A DNA stretch of 46,714 nt, from positions 1-46,714 of the forward strand of contig OMHY01000018.1 in NCBI GenBank assembly GCA_900298985.1, read 5' to 3'. The notes beneath the pieces are model-generated. The model saw nothing but the letters and a program-made list of their open reading frames with translations, searched no databases and was not told where the DNA came from. Both the position numbers and the translations under genes were made by a program. This DNA is from Streptomycetaceae bacterium (GTDB lineage Bacteria; Actinomycetota; Actinomycetes; Nanopelagicales; Nanopelagicaceae). Of this stretch, positions 1 through 9,532 are shown piece by piece (position 1 is the first letter of the stretch; every line of letters starts with the position of its first letter).

Positions 1-864
1 GCCTAATTGATTTTGTGCAAAACTCAAAAGTTCACGGCTATTTCTAGCTGGAGGTTCATTTGAAATTAATTCATTTGCAACATCAATTCTAAATTTTGGT
101 TTAGAAGTTCTTGCGGGAGCGCCACGGCGTAACCAAGCCAGTTCTTTCTTAGCAAGGGATCTTTGCTTCTTTAAAATTACCTCTTGCCTTTGTTGGCGTT
201 GAACTTTGTTTAATATGTAAGAGGAATACCCTCCTTCATATTTCACAACTTCGCCTGCCACCACTTCCCATACTTGGTTACATGTTTCATCTAAAAACCA
301 TCTGTCATGGGTAATCACTATGGAACTTAAATCTTTATTTATATTCAAATAATTTGCTAACCAGGTGATTGCGGTAATATCTAGATGGTTGGTGGGCTCA
401 TCTAACATAAATAAATTTGGTTTTTCCAGAAGTAGTTTAGCTATATGTAATCTCTTAATTTCACCGCCAGAGAAGGAAGAGAGGTTTTTCTCTGGAAATT
501 GTAAATAATTTTCTCCAATTAAATTTTGAATTACCTCTCTAAATTCCTGATTTCTTTCCCATTCCAATTTGTCATTAGGGCCTAATAAAAAATCAATTAA
601 AGATATTTCAGCTTCTATTTCATCTATTTGTGCTAGATATCCAATTTTGGTCTCATTGTTTTTTGCAACTCTTCCATAATCACAATTTTCCATTCCCGCA
701 AGTATTTTTAGTAATGTTGATTTACCTCCACCATTTATACCTACAATACCAATTCTCTCCCCTTTATTAATACCAATGGATAAATCTTGAAAAAGAATTC
801 GGTGGTCATAAGCTTTGCTGATTTTCTCTGCGTTTAGCAAGTTGGGAGCGCTACCATTTTGCAC
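1..864 (-). CDS. ABC-F family ATPase (Uup/EttA-like), C-terminal part cut by the window edge
   Basis: Absent from the ORF track because it runs off the window. My reverse-strand translation from GTG at 864 gives MQNGSAPNLLNAEKISKAYDHRILFQDLSIGINKGERIGIVGINGGGKSTLLKILAG (Walker A). It continues with FSGGEIKRL (signature), LFMLDEPTNHLD (Walker B) and the ELAWLRRGAPARTSKPKFRI linker typical of ABC-F proteins. An in-frame TAA at 874-876 bounds the N-terminus. The alternative start is TTG at 870. The ATG at 857 is out of frame. Confidence 0.85.
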   Translation of the reverse strand, partial: MQNGSAPNLLNAEKISKAYDHRILFQDLSIGINKGERIGIVGINGGGKSTLLKILAGMENCDYGRVAKNNETKIGYLAQIDEIEAEISLIDFLLGPNDKLEWERNQEFREVIQNLIGENYLQFPEKNLSSFSGGEIKRLHIAKLLLEKPNLFMLDEPTNHLDITAITWLANYLNINKDLSSIVITHDRWFLDETCNQVWEVVAGEVVKYEGGYSSYILNKVQRQQRQEVILKKQRSLAKKELAWLRRGAPARTSKPKFRIDVANELISNEPPARNSRELLSFAQNQLG

Positions 865-911
865 TGCCAAAGGTTATCGTTTTTTCTACCCTTTGCCGCT
901 AACATTAAGAA

Positions 912-2195
912 ATGGAGAATTCGCAGTATCTAAACCGGGATTTTGTGAGAAAAATGGATGAAGTTGATCCATTATTATCTTTTAAAGAAGAATTTGTGAT
1001 TTCAGACCCTGATGTTTGTTATTTAGATGGAAATTCTTTAGGTAGGTTGCCTAAAAAAACAAAATTAGCAATCAATGATTTTTTAGAAAATGAGTGGGGA
1101 ACGAAAATAGTTGCGGGTTGGAATGATTGGATTGATGAAGCGCAAACTGTCGGAAATTTAGTAGGAGAGGTAGCGCTAGGGGCAAAATCAGGACAGGTTC
1201 TAGTTTGCGATACCACTTCCGTGAATTTTTACCAATTATGTGGGGCTGCTCTAAAGGCTCGACCAAATAGAAAGAAAATTATTACTGATGCAGCAAATTT
1301 CCCAACTGATCGCTATATCTTGCAAGGTTTAGCAGATAGACATGATTTGGATCTAGTAGTTATAGATAATGAAAATAATCCAGAGATAGAATGTGAAAGA
1401 ATCACTCCGGAAATATTGGAAAAATATTTAGATGAAAATGTTGCATTTATTACATTAGAAGTTATTCAATATAGATCTGGCGCCCGTAACCCGATAAAAG
1501 AAATTACCGATCTGGCTAGAAAATATGGTGCATTGGTAATCTGGGATGCTGCTCATGCGATTGGTTCAGTAGATTTACAATTTGATCAAGATGAAGTTGA
1601 TCTAGCAATTGGCTGTACCTATAAATATGGAAACAGTGGACCCGGCGCACCTGCTTGGTTATATGTATCGAAAAAAATTCAAAATGAATTACAAGTACCG
1701 ATTCAAGGTTGGTTTGCACAAAGAGACCAATTCGCCATGGGTCCAATCTTTGAAAAATCTCAAGACATTAGAGGTTTTCAAATCGCTAGCCCATCTATAT
1801 TGGGATTACGTTGTGTAAAAACTGCTTTTGAAATGATTGGACAGGCTGGAATTAAAAATATTGCAGCAAAAGCTGGAATTGGAACTCAAATGGGGATAGT
1901 GCTATTTGAAAATTGGCTTCAACCTTTAGGTTTCTCCTTAAACACTCCTCGGGATCCAAATCATAGAGGTGGTCATCTGTCTTTGGTGCATGAAGATGCC
2001 AAAGAGATAGCGGTAGCAATGAGAGAAATTTCTAGGGTAATTCCAGATTACAGAGCACCTAATTCTATTCGGGTGGCAATTTCACCTTTAGCTACAAGTT
2101 ATCTAGAGTTTTGGGATGGATTCAAGAGAATACAGGAATTAGTTGCAAGCAAAAAATATCAGGGAATATCAGCAACGGGAACTAGGGTGACATGA
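912..2195 (+). CDS. kynU: kynureninase
   Basis: 427 aa. Contains YLDGNSLG, a class-V aminotransferase fold and CTYKYGNSGPGAPAWLYV around the PLP-lysine region, all typical of kynureninase. Its stop overlaps the kynA start (ATGA at 2192-2195). Confidence 0.85.
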   Translation: MENSQYLNRDFVRKMDEVDPLLSFKEEFVISDPDVCYLDGNSLGRLPKKTKLAINDFLENEWGTKIVAGWNDWIDEAQTVGNLVGEVALGAKSGQVLVCDTTSVNFYQLCGAALKARPNRKKIITDAANFPTDRYILQGLADRHDLDLVVIDNENNPEIECERITPEILEKYLDENVAFITLEVIQYRSGARNPIKEITDLARKYGALVIWDAAHAIGSVDLQFDQDEVDLAIGCTYKYGNSGPGAPAWLYVSKKIQNELQVPIQGWFAQRDQFAMGPIFEKSQDIRGFQIASPSILGLRCVKTAFEMIGQAGIKNIAAKAGIGTQMGIVLFENWLQPLGFSLNTPRDPNHRGGHLSLVHEDAKEIAVAMREISRVIPDYRAPNSIRVAISPLATSYLEFWDGFKRIQELVASKKYQGISATGTRVT

Positions 2196-2980
2196 AAAAT
2201 AATCCAGCATTAAGTTATACCTCATATTTAAAAGTTGATGAACTTTTATCTTTACAACAACCACTTTCCGAGGGACCGGAACATGATGAAATGCTATTTA
2301 TTATTATTCATCAAACTTATGAACTTTGGTTTAAACAATTAAAACATGAAATTAGGGGGTTGCAAAAAGCATTAACTGATGGAAATGTAGAAGTTGCGAT
2401 GGCACTGCTTGGAAGAATTAGAACTATTTTGAAAATTGCAGTCTCGCAAATTGATATTTTGGAAACCATGACCTCTTTGCAATTTAATTCCTTTAGAGCA
2501 AGATTGGAATCTTCTTCCGGTTTTCAATCTCTTCAATTTAGAGAAGTTGAAGCGTTATTAGGTAGACGTGATGCTGGTATGGATTCTCACTTTCCAGAAG
2601 AAATGAAAAAAGAGTTAAATGAAATAAGGAAATCTCCAGCTCTTTGGGATTCATTTTTGAGTTGTTTGAATGAAAATGGATGGAAAATTCCAGATAAATA
2701 TTTAAGTCGAGATTACAAGGAAGCATACCAACCAAATCTTGAGGTCCAAGATATTTTGGTTTCTGTACATCAAAAAGATAGTAAGTTAAGTGCAATTGCA
2801 GAGCGAATGATAGATATAGATGAAGGTTTGCAAGAATGGCGTTATCGCCATGTAAAAATGGTGGAAAGAACTATTGGTCACAAAATGGGAACAGGCGGAT
2901 CCAGTGGAGTTAAATATTTACAAAGCACTCTATTAAAACCAGTATTCCCAGATCTATGGGAGATCAGAGACCGCCTTTAG
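2192..2980 (+). CDS. kynA: tryptophan 2,3-dioxygenase
   Basis: 262 aa. Contains YTSYLKVDELLSLQQP...HDEMLFIIIHQTYELWFKQ and WRYRHVKMVERTIGHKMGTGGSSG, which are canonical bacterial TDO motifs. Confidence 0.88.
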   Translation: MKNNPALSYTSYLKVDELLSLQQPLSEGPEHDEMLFIIIHQTYELWFKQLKHEIRGLQKALTDGNVEVAMALLGRIRTILKIAVSQIDILETMTSLQFNSFRARLESSSGFQSLQFREVEALLGRRDAGMDSHFPEEMKKELNEIRKSPALWDSFLSCLNENGWKIPDKYLSRDYKEAYQPNLEVQDILVSVHQKDSKLSAIAERMIDIDEGLQEWRYRHVKMVERTIGHKMGTGGSSGVKYLQSTLLKPVFPDLWEIRDRL

Positions 2981-3002
2981 ATCTGGGAATATAGTTAAAT
3001 AT

Positions 3003-4184
3003 TTAGTTGGAAACTGTTGAACCTAGCGTAACTGTATAACTCTTTGTATTTCCATTTGAATCAATTACTACAATTTTTACAGTTGCACCAGGATCATAAG
3101 CCCTAATTTTTACAATAGCGGTAGTTTGGTCAACAATTTTTTGATTATCTATTTTGGTAATTATTGAACCGACTTCAATTCCAGCTTTTTCAGCAGCGCC
3201 ACCTTGGGTTATTGCAGCAATTTTGGCACCTTTAGTGGAAGAAGTTTGATTTGGATCAAAGGAAACACCAAGAACAGGCCGATTAGCTTTACCATTAGAA
3301 ATTATTTCATTAACAATTCTTTTTGCTTCATTAAATGGAATTGCAAATCCAATTCCAATATTTCCAGATTGACCTCCAAAACTAGATCCTAAAGAAGCGA
3401 TTGAATCATTTATACCAACTAGATTGCCATTGAAATCTGTCAGTGGTCCTCCGGAATTTCCTGGATTGATTGCAGCATCGGTTTGAATTGCATCTACATA
3501 ACTTGTGGTATTAGCTAAATCTGATTGCGTAGTTACTGGTCGATTTAAAGCAGAAACTATTCCAGAGGTTACAGTATTTTCCAGTTGCAAAGGAGACCCA
3601 AATGCGATTACTCCATCACCAACACTTAAATTATTGTTATCTGACATAGGAATTACCGGTAAATTGCCTTTGTTAATTTTCAAAACAGCAAGGTCATAAT
3701 CTGCTGTTCTTCCCACTATAGTTGCTGGAGCTGAATCACCATTATTAAATTCAACAGAAATTGTGCCGTTGTTATTTGCGGCCGCACCAATAACGTGATT
3801 ATTAGTTAAAACATAACTAGTCAAAGAATTTGATTTAATAATTGAACCTGACCCTGTATCGCCACCTTGTGGTGTAGTTACATTTACAGTTACCACCGAT
3901 GGAGCTACTAGGGAAACAATGCTTTTTAGACTAGAACTTCCGCTGGATGCAGTCCCATTTGAAGTAGTTTGGCCAATATTCGCTAATAATCTTCCTTTGG
4001 CACAGGTTCCGTCCGAAGAAGCATAAATTGCTTTAGTTCTGGAGTCCACACATACGCTAGTAATAGTGCCTCCAAGAATTCCAGTCGCTTTGGCAATACC
4101 ACCAAAAGCCACCGCACCTACTACTACACCGATTCCAATTTTAAATATATCCTTTTTATCTAAAGGAAAAAATCTTTTCACCAC
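3003..4184 (-). CDS. membrane-anchored trypsin-like serine protease with C-terminal PDZ domain (S1C/HtrA-like)
   Basis: N-terminal TM helix. Triad context is LTNNHVI / DYDLAVLKI / GNSGGPL. PDZ-like segment is GAKIAAITQGGAAEKAGIEVGSIITKIDNQ. The start is GTG, preceded by GGAGG four nt upstream (4189-4193 on the reverse strand). Confidence 0.85.
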   Translation of the reverse strand: MVKRFFPLDKKDIFKIGIGVVVGAVAFGGIAKATGILGGTITSVCVDSRTKAIYASSDGTCAKGRLLANIGQTTSNGTASSGSSSLKSIVSLVAPSVVTVNVTTPQGGDTGSGSIIKSNSLTSYVLTNNHVIGAAANNNGTISVEFNNGDSAPATIVGRTADYDLAVLKINKGNLPVIPMSDNNNLSVGDGVIAFGSPLQLENTVTSGIVSALNRPVTTQSDLANTTSYVDAIQTDAAINPGNSGGPLTDFNGNLVGINDSIASLGSSFGGQSGNIGIGFAIPFNEAKRIVNEIISNGKANRPVLGVSFDPNQTSSTKGAKIAAITQGGAAEKAGIEVGSIITKIDNQKIVDQTTAIVKIRAYDPGATVKIVVIDSNGNTKSYTVTLGSTVSN

Positions 4185-4283
4185 TAAACCTCCACGTAAT
4201 TACTAAACAACTTTATTTCTATATAAAACAAGACAAACCTGAATAGATACATTATCTAACCTGAGAATTACCTAAGCAAATCT

Positions 4284-5552
4284 TTAATCATCCCTAGGCA
4301 TGACCATTTCCCGTACTTCACGGGAAGATAAGATTAAGATAATCATCGCGCAGACAAGGAAAGCGGCGATATTTAGCGTGCCGGAGATTCCAAATACCAA
4401 AGTTAAAGGCGCAGCAAGTGTTAAGCCAAGTGGTCGGAATAACATTGTTCCCATTCCATCAAAAGATGAAATTCGAGAGAGGTGCTCTCTAGGTACAGTT
4501 CTTTGCATTGCAGTTGTCCATAGACTTCCCCATAAATCTGCAGATATTCCCCAAGCAAATGCCGCTATCGCAATCAAGTAATACCACGAGGGCCAATGTA
4601 AGGAAAAAATATATGCAACTAATGAAAATGTAATTAGTGTTAAAAACCGCATCGTGTATTTAACTTTGATGTGATAAGCCAATATAGACCCTACTAAAAA
4701 TCCAGCAGTTTCAGAACCTAAAATAATAGAAGACCAGATCAATGGTCCGTGAGCTCTTTTAGAAAAAACTAAGGGGCCAAGAACACTTTCGGACATTGCC
4801 CAGGCCATCATGATTGCTGAAAAACCAAATACTACATAAACAATCCATTTAAAAGATAAAAATACTTTCCAACCAGATTTCATCTCCGCAAAGAAGCTAA
4901 GTTTAGGTTGATTAATATTTTCTTTGCTAGTGCTGTCTTGATTTACCATTTTAGTTATCTTTGCCTTGGAAAAAGTTAACATTAGTAAACCAGAGATAAA
5001 AAATGAAGCAGCATCAAGAGCAAGCGGAAAAGCGGAACCAAATAACGTTAGCAAAATTCCGGAACTCATTGCACCTAATATCATTGATATATTTGAAACT
5101 AATGCATTAATTGAATTACCTTTTTGTAGATATTTTTCTGGTAATAACGAAGGCATTACTCCTACAAAAGCAGGCCACCAAATACTCCAAAAAACCCCAA
5201 AAATTCCATTTACAATTAGCATCAACACGAATGGAACTTTGCCGGTAGCAAAAAATCCTGCCTGTACAAAAAGACCAAGTGAACCCAAAACATCACATAG
5301 ACCAACCATTTTGATTTGGGAAAATCTATCTGCGATTACACCACCAAATGGCAACATAACAATTAATGAAATATTTAGAGTTGCTAATACCCAACCTAAT
5401 TCCGCAGCTGAGCCATTTTTTAGATGTAATATTCCAAACGCTAATGCAGGTTGGGATAACCCATTTCCATAATTAGAGATAAAGCGAGCTACATATAATC
5501 TCTTTATATATGGATATTGAAATAATTCTTTAGTTTCTGAACTAATTTGCAT
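4284..5552 (-). CDS. MFS transporter
   Basis: 422 aa, about 12 hydrophobic segments, N-terminal RLYVARFISNYGNGLSQPALAFGIL typical of MFS (EntS-like subgroup). Its ATG shares one base with the stop of the upstream small ORF (TAATG at 5550-5554). Confidence 0.8.
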   Translation of the reverse strand: MQISSETKELFQYPYIKRLYVARFISNYGNGLSQPALAFGILHLKNGSAAELGWVLATLNISLIVMLPFGGVIADRFSQIKMVGLCDVLGSLGLFVQAGFFATGKVPFVLMLIVNGIFGVFWSIWWPAFVGVMPSLLPEKYLQKGNSINALVSNISMILGAMSSGILLTLFGSAFPLALDAASFFISGLLMLTFSKAKITKMVNQDSTSKENINQPKLSFFAEMKSGWKVFLSFKWIVYVVFGFSAIMMAWAMSESVLGPLVFSKRAHGPLIWSSIILGSETAGFLVGSILAYHIKVKYTMRFLTLITFSLVAYIFSLHWPSWYYLIAIAAFAWGISADLWGSLWTTAMQRTVPREHLSRISSFDGMGTMLFRPLGLTLAAPLTLVFGISGTLNIAAFLVCAMIILILSSREVREMVMPRDD

Positions 5553-5935
5553 TAACCTAATTTTTCCTCTATTTTTTTCATTAGCTGGTGAATTTCTCGG
5601 GAAATTTCCTTTAACTCTGCTAACTCTTTGTGAGCCAAGGCTCTAGCTTCTTTTGCTAATTCAAATTCACCAAGAGATGCTTCATGGGTTTCATTTATTT
5701 GTTTTTCTACAGAAGCACTAGACAAATTTTGTCCCACCATAATTATTGACAATAAAACTAATTGTAAAAATGTTTGCGCTATCCAAGATACTAATTGCAA
5801 GATACTGTGTTGTGATATAACTGAAGGTAAAGAAAGAAGTGCCAAAATAGTAAATCCGTATGCACACCACATTGTGGCAACGCCTTTAGTTATTGAAGTA
5901 GCAATCTTATTATTGAAATTAGTAATAGCGCTCAT
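5552..5935 (-). CDS. small membrane protein with two predicted TM helices and a C-terminal coiled coil (DUF1003 / low-affinity iron permease-like topology)
   Basis: 127 aa with two hydrophobic helices (WCAYGFTILALLSLPSV, LQLVLLSIIMVGQN). These are followed by a charged heptad-like tail, EFELAKEARALAHKELAELKEISREIHQLMKKIEEKLG. The family assignment is tentative. Confidence 0.55.
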   Translation of the reverse strand: MSAITNFNNKIATSITKGVATMWCAYGFTILALLSLPSVISQHSILQLVSWIAQTFLQLVLLSIIMVGQNLSSASVEKQINETHEASLGEFELAKEARALAHKELAELKEISREIHQLMKKIEEKLG

Positions 5936-5971
5936 AGGTTAAAGAATAGAGGGTTTGTAGTTAAAAAGTAA

Positions 5972-7225
5972 TTAATGCTCGCTAATGATCTTGGATTTTA
6001 GAATTACTCCAGATAGTATTAATAAACCAGCAATTAAGGTTGAAATCCACAACCACTCTAAATGTGCATTCAAAAATATTCCCACAACTAAAGGTCCCGC
6101 TATTGCTCCAATTTGCCAGGTGGAGCCCATCAAAGAGTTATAGCGTCCTCTTAAATGTTCAGGTGCTAGGCGATTTACTATAGCCGGAGTTATTGGCGAC
6201 CAAATCATTTCACCAAATGCAAAAACTATTTGGCAAAGAATTACACCAAAGACAGCATAATTTCTTAAAGGGACCGCTATTGCAAGTGAGACCCAAGCTA
6301 AAGCCCAAAATAAAGTAGCAAAACTTACCGCTGTTCTATTTTTTAATTTCTTTACCAATGTCAAAAATGGCACTTGCAAAATAGTTATCAATATGGTGTT
6401 GAAAGCAAAGGAAATTGCAATTTGCGGTGGTGGTACTTTTGCAACCTTTGTGGAAAACGAGGTGAAACCTAACTCTAGTTGGGAATAGCCCAAGAAGATT
6501 GCAAAAATAGCAATTATCCAAAATTTGATAAATTTCTTATCCGCCAAAACCTCCGCCCACCCTTTTCTTTGAACATTCTCTTGGTTTTTTTCAGATCTAT
6601 AGATTAAGGCAGGAATTGGGATACTGACTATGAAATATATTAGAAATGTTGTTGCATCTAATCTATATAACCATTGAAAAGTATGAACATTCCTTAAATT
6701 TATTATTAAGGAGGATATTAAGCCTCCGATTCCTAATCCTAAATTTAAGCCCGCAAATTGCGCTGCAAAAAATTTTTCCCGCATCTCTTCCGCTAAATGT
6801 TGAACTGCGAGCGCTGATTGTGCTGGCCACATTGCTACCGCTCCAATTGCTTCTATTAAAATTGCGATTAGTGCAGAGATGAAATTTGAAGCTTGAGCTA
6901 AAAATAGAAATCCTATAAAGCTTAGAATTAGTCCAAACAACAAAATCTTTTTTGGTCCTAAATGATCAATTAGGTAGCCCATAAATGGTGCAGCTAATAA
7001 AGAGATACCTCCACCACATGCTGCTAATACCCCAGTGAGAAGCGGTGAAATTCCTCTCATTACATTTAGATATACAAATAAATATGGGAGTATCAATCCA
7101 TTTCCAATTGCAGAGATGAGTATTCCTAAAAGAAGCCGCTTGGAATTATGAGAAAAACCAGAGAGCGAATTACGGTTTTCATCAATTATATGTAGGAATG
7201 CTTTTCTTGGATTAAATATTGACAC
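5972..7225 (-). CDS. MFS transporter
   Basis: 417 aa, multiple TM helices, GNGLILPYLFVYL and a C-terminal half-repeat typical of MFS. GTG at 7225 is the only plausible start, because there is no in-frame ATG until well inside TM1-2. Confidence 0.8.
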   Translation of the reverse strand: MSIFNPRKAFLHIIDENRNSLSGFSHNSKRLLLGILISAIGNGLILPYLFVYLNVMRGISPLLTGVLAACGGGISLLAAPFMGYLIDHLGPKKILLFGLILSFIGFLFLAQASNFISALIAILIEAIGAVAMWPAQSALAVQHLAEEMREKFFAAQFAGLNLGLGIGGLISSLIINLRNVHTFQWLYRLDATTFLIYFIVSIPIPALIYRSEKNQENVQRKGWAEVLADKKFIKFWIIAIFAIFLGYSQLELGFTSFSTKVAKVPPPQIAISFAFNTILITILQVPFLTLVKKLKNRTAVSFATLFWALAWVSLAIAVPLRNYAVFGVILCQIVFAFGEMIWSPITPAIVNRLAPEHLRGRYNSLMGSTWQIGAIAGPLVVGIFLNAHLEWLWISTLIAGLLILSGVILKSKIISEH

Positions 7226-7296
7226 GATTCAAGCCTACTTCAAGTGACAGCGCTAGTATTGATATTTTCTTGCTCTTACCGGGTAATATTGACCAA

Positions 7297-8586
7297 ATGA
7301 GCCAATTGAATTTAGGGGAGGATTCCACCGCAGAAGTTGCTCCTAAAAAGAGAGCTCGTATGGCTGTAGTTATTTCAACTGTTTTTTCTTTAGTTATTTC
7401 TTTGTTTGCAGCTGGCGCATTATTTTTAAATCATTACGCAAATAGTTCTTTAACGCGCGGAGAAGCACTTACCTCTCAGAAATCCTTAGATGGCGATGTC
7501 AATATTTTATTGTTAGGGCTAGACAGTAGAAGAGCAAATGATGGCAGTAATTTACCTAGAAAATTACTGGATATTATGCATGTTGGATCATCAAGTGAAA
7601 TTGGTGGCTATAACACAAATACTATGATTTTGATTCACATTCCTAAAGATGGGAAGAGTGCGGTAGCGGTTTCAATTCCACGTGATGATTATGTATTGGT
7701 ACCAGGTCGAGGATATTTCAAAATTAAAGAGGCTTACGGTATTACCAAATACTATGCAACTATTGACCTATTAAAACAAGGTGTGAAAAATCCAGATTTG
7801 GAACAACAAAGTAGATCAGCTGGCAGAGCTTCAACTATTAAAACTATTGAAAATCTCTTGGGTGTACCAATAGATCACTATGCTGAAGTTAACTTAGTCA
7901 GTTTTTATGATTTAGCAAATGCAATAGGTGGTGTGCAGGTTTGTTTAAAGAAAGCAGTAAATGATTCCACTTATTCTGGTGCGGTTTTCCCTGCTGGAAT
8001 TCAAACCATTTCTGGTGTTCAAGCTTTACAATTTGTAAGACAGCGACATGGATTGCCAAATGGAGATTTAGATCGAACTCATAGACAACAAGCCTTTATT
8101 ACTGGAGTAATTAACAAATTTCGAAAACAAGGTGTGTTTAATGATTTAGGTCAAATAAATTCATTACTAAATGTTGCAAAGAAAGATGTGATTATTGATC
8201 CGGGTTGGAATGTGTTGGATTTTATTCCGCGAGTAAAAGCATTGACGGGTGGACATATAAAGTTTTATACCGCACCTATACTTCGCTATGGTTTCATTAA
8301 TCAGCAATCCGTAAATATTATTGACCCAGCTGCGGTACACACTTTTGTACAAAATCTTTTTTATCCAAAACCTGGTATGGTTTTTGATGCAAGTGGTGCC
8401 GCACAAATACCAACTGCCACAGCAACCACCACTACCCCAACTGGGAAAAAAGCGACTACCCACACTAAGAAAAAGGTTTCTAAGAAAAGCAAAAAGAAAA
8501 AAGTTGTTGCAACACCTGCTCCCGAAGTTAATTTGGGGCAAAATGGGAGTGGTGTGAGTGTGGACGGCATTCCTTGTGTCAATTAA
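7297..8586 (+). CDS. LytR-CpsA-Psr (LCP) family cell-envelope phosphotransferase with a lysine-rich C-terminal tail
   Basis: Contains NILLLGLDSR, NTNTMILIHIP, SIPRDDYV and LQFVRQRHGLPNGDLDR, the LCP core motifs. There is a single N-terminal TM helix. The track start (TTG 7219) would overlap the divergent MFS start at 7225, so I prefer ATG 7297. The stop is firm. Confidence 0.82.
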   Translation: MSQLNLGEDSTAEVAPKKRARMAVVISTVFSLVISLFAAGALFLNHYANSSLTRGEALTSQKSLDGDVNILLLGLDSRRANDGSNLPRKLLDIMHVGSSSEIGGYNTNTMILIHIPKDGKSAVAVSIPRDDYVLVPGRGYFKIKEAYGITKYYATIDLLKQGVKNPDLEQQSRSAGRASTIKTIENLLGVPIDHYAEVNLVSFYDLANAIGGVQVCLKKAVNDSTYSGAVFPAGIQTISGVQALQFVRQRHGLPNGDLDRTHRQQAFITGVINKFRKQGVFNDLGQINSLLNVAKKDVIIDPGWNVLDFIPRVKALTGGHIKFYTAPILRYGFINQQSVNIIDPAAVHTFVQNLFYPKPGMVFDASGAAQIPTATATTTTPTGKKATTHTKKKVSKKSKKKKVVATPAPEVNLGQNGSGVSVDGIPCVN

Positions 8587-8605
8587 GGAATAGGTAAATT
8601 CAAAA

Positions 8606-9532
8606 ATGTTATATGCAGGTTTAGCAATAGTTGTTGGGGCGCTAACTTCTATTCAGGCGAGGGCCAATGGAGCCTTATCAGTTAGATTAGGTAACAATTT
8701 CGCCTCTGCCCTTTATTCACAATTTGCAGCTTGGATCTTTCTCCTAATTATTGTATTTGGATTTTCCAAAAATAGATCAGCGGTACGCAAAGCATTTCAA
8801 TCAGTTAAAAATAAAGAAATAAAATATTGGGAAGTTGCCGGTGGTTTTATAGGTGGAAGTTTCCTTTGTATTCAAAGTTACGCAGTACCTTTGATTGGAG
8901 TTGCTTTATTTACTATTGGTATTGTTGCCGGCCAAACTGCAAGCTCACTTCTTATAGATAAATGGGGTTGGGGACCTTCGGGTAAAAAAGCGGTAACTGG
9001 TGTCAGAGTTTTTTCAGCATCGCTTACAATTTTTGCAGTTGCACTCTCAGTATTTCCAGATTTAAGAAAATCATCGGTTTCCGGATTACCAATTATTTTG
9101 ACTTTGCTTATTGGATGTACATTGGCATTACAACAAGCGTTAAATGGGAGAATGGTAAATTATTTAAAGGAACCGGTTGGCACAACTTTCTTAAATTTTA
9201 TTAATGGAACATTAGTAATGGTAGTTGGTCTTGTTATCTCACTATTGAAAGGTGGTTCAATTAAACCAGTACCGACAAATATATGGCTATATATTGGTGG
9301 ACCATGTGGCCTGATATTCATAATGGTCTCAGCTGTAATAATTAAACATTTAGGAGTTTTGAGTTATATTCTTTACACAGTATTTGGTTCCCTAATAGGA
9401 GCTGTATTAATTGATTGGCTTGCACCGGCACACAAAGGAGCACTCAGCTCATATCTAATCGTTGGTACTGTAATTACATTAACAGCAACCGCCTATCTTA
9501 AGTTAAGAGAGGGGAAAACTAGCGCGGCTTAG
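8606..9532 (+). CDS. DMT-superfamily membrane protein, tandem DUF606 (YdcZ-like) fusion
   Basis: 308 aa. Both halves start with a YdcZ-like helix (GALTSIQARANGALSVRLGN and GCTLALQQALNGRMVNYL). Stand-alone YdcZ proteins are about half this length. Confidence 0.7.
   Translation: MLYAGLAIVVGALTSIQARANGALSVRLGNNFASALYSQFAAWIFLLIIVFGFSKNRSAVRKAFQSVKNKEIKYWEVAGGFIGGSFLCIQSYAVPLIGVALFTIGIVAGQTASSLLIDKWGWGPSGKKAVTGVRVFSASLTIFAVALSVFPDLRKSSVSGLPIILTLLIGCTLALQQALNGRMVNYLKEPVGTTFLNFINGTLVMVVGLVISLLKGGSIKPVPTNIWLYIGGPCGLIFIMVSAVIIKHLGVLSYILYTVFGSLIGAVLIDWLAPAHKGALSSYLIVGTVITLTATAYLKLREGKTSAA

Noticed and set aside
855-857. ATG that first looked like the ABC-F start codon.
   Set aside because: Hand translation from it hits TAA after seven codons. 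The real frame is offset, is bounded by TAA at 874-876, and starts at GTG 864 or TTG 870.
7219-7296. TTG at 7219 as the start of the LCP gene, as given in the ORF track.
   Set aside because: It would place the 5' ends of two divergent genes in overlap (the MFS GTG is at 7225), leaving no promoter space. The extra 26 residues are not part of the LCP fold. ATG 7297 is preferred, although no strong SD supports either site.
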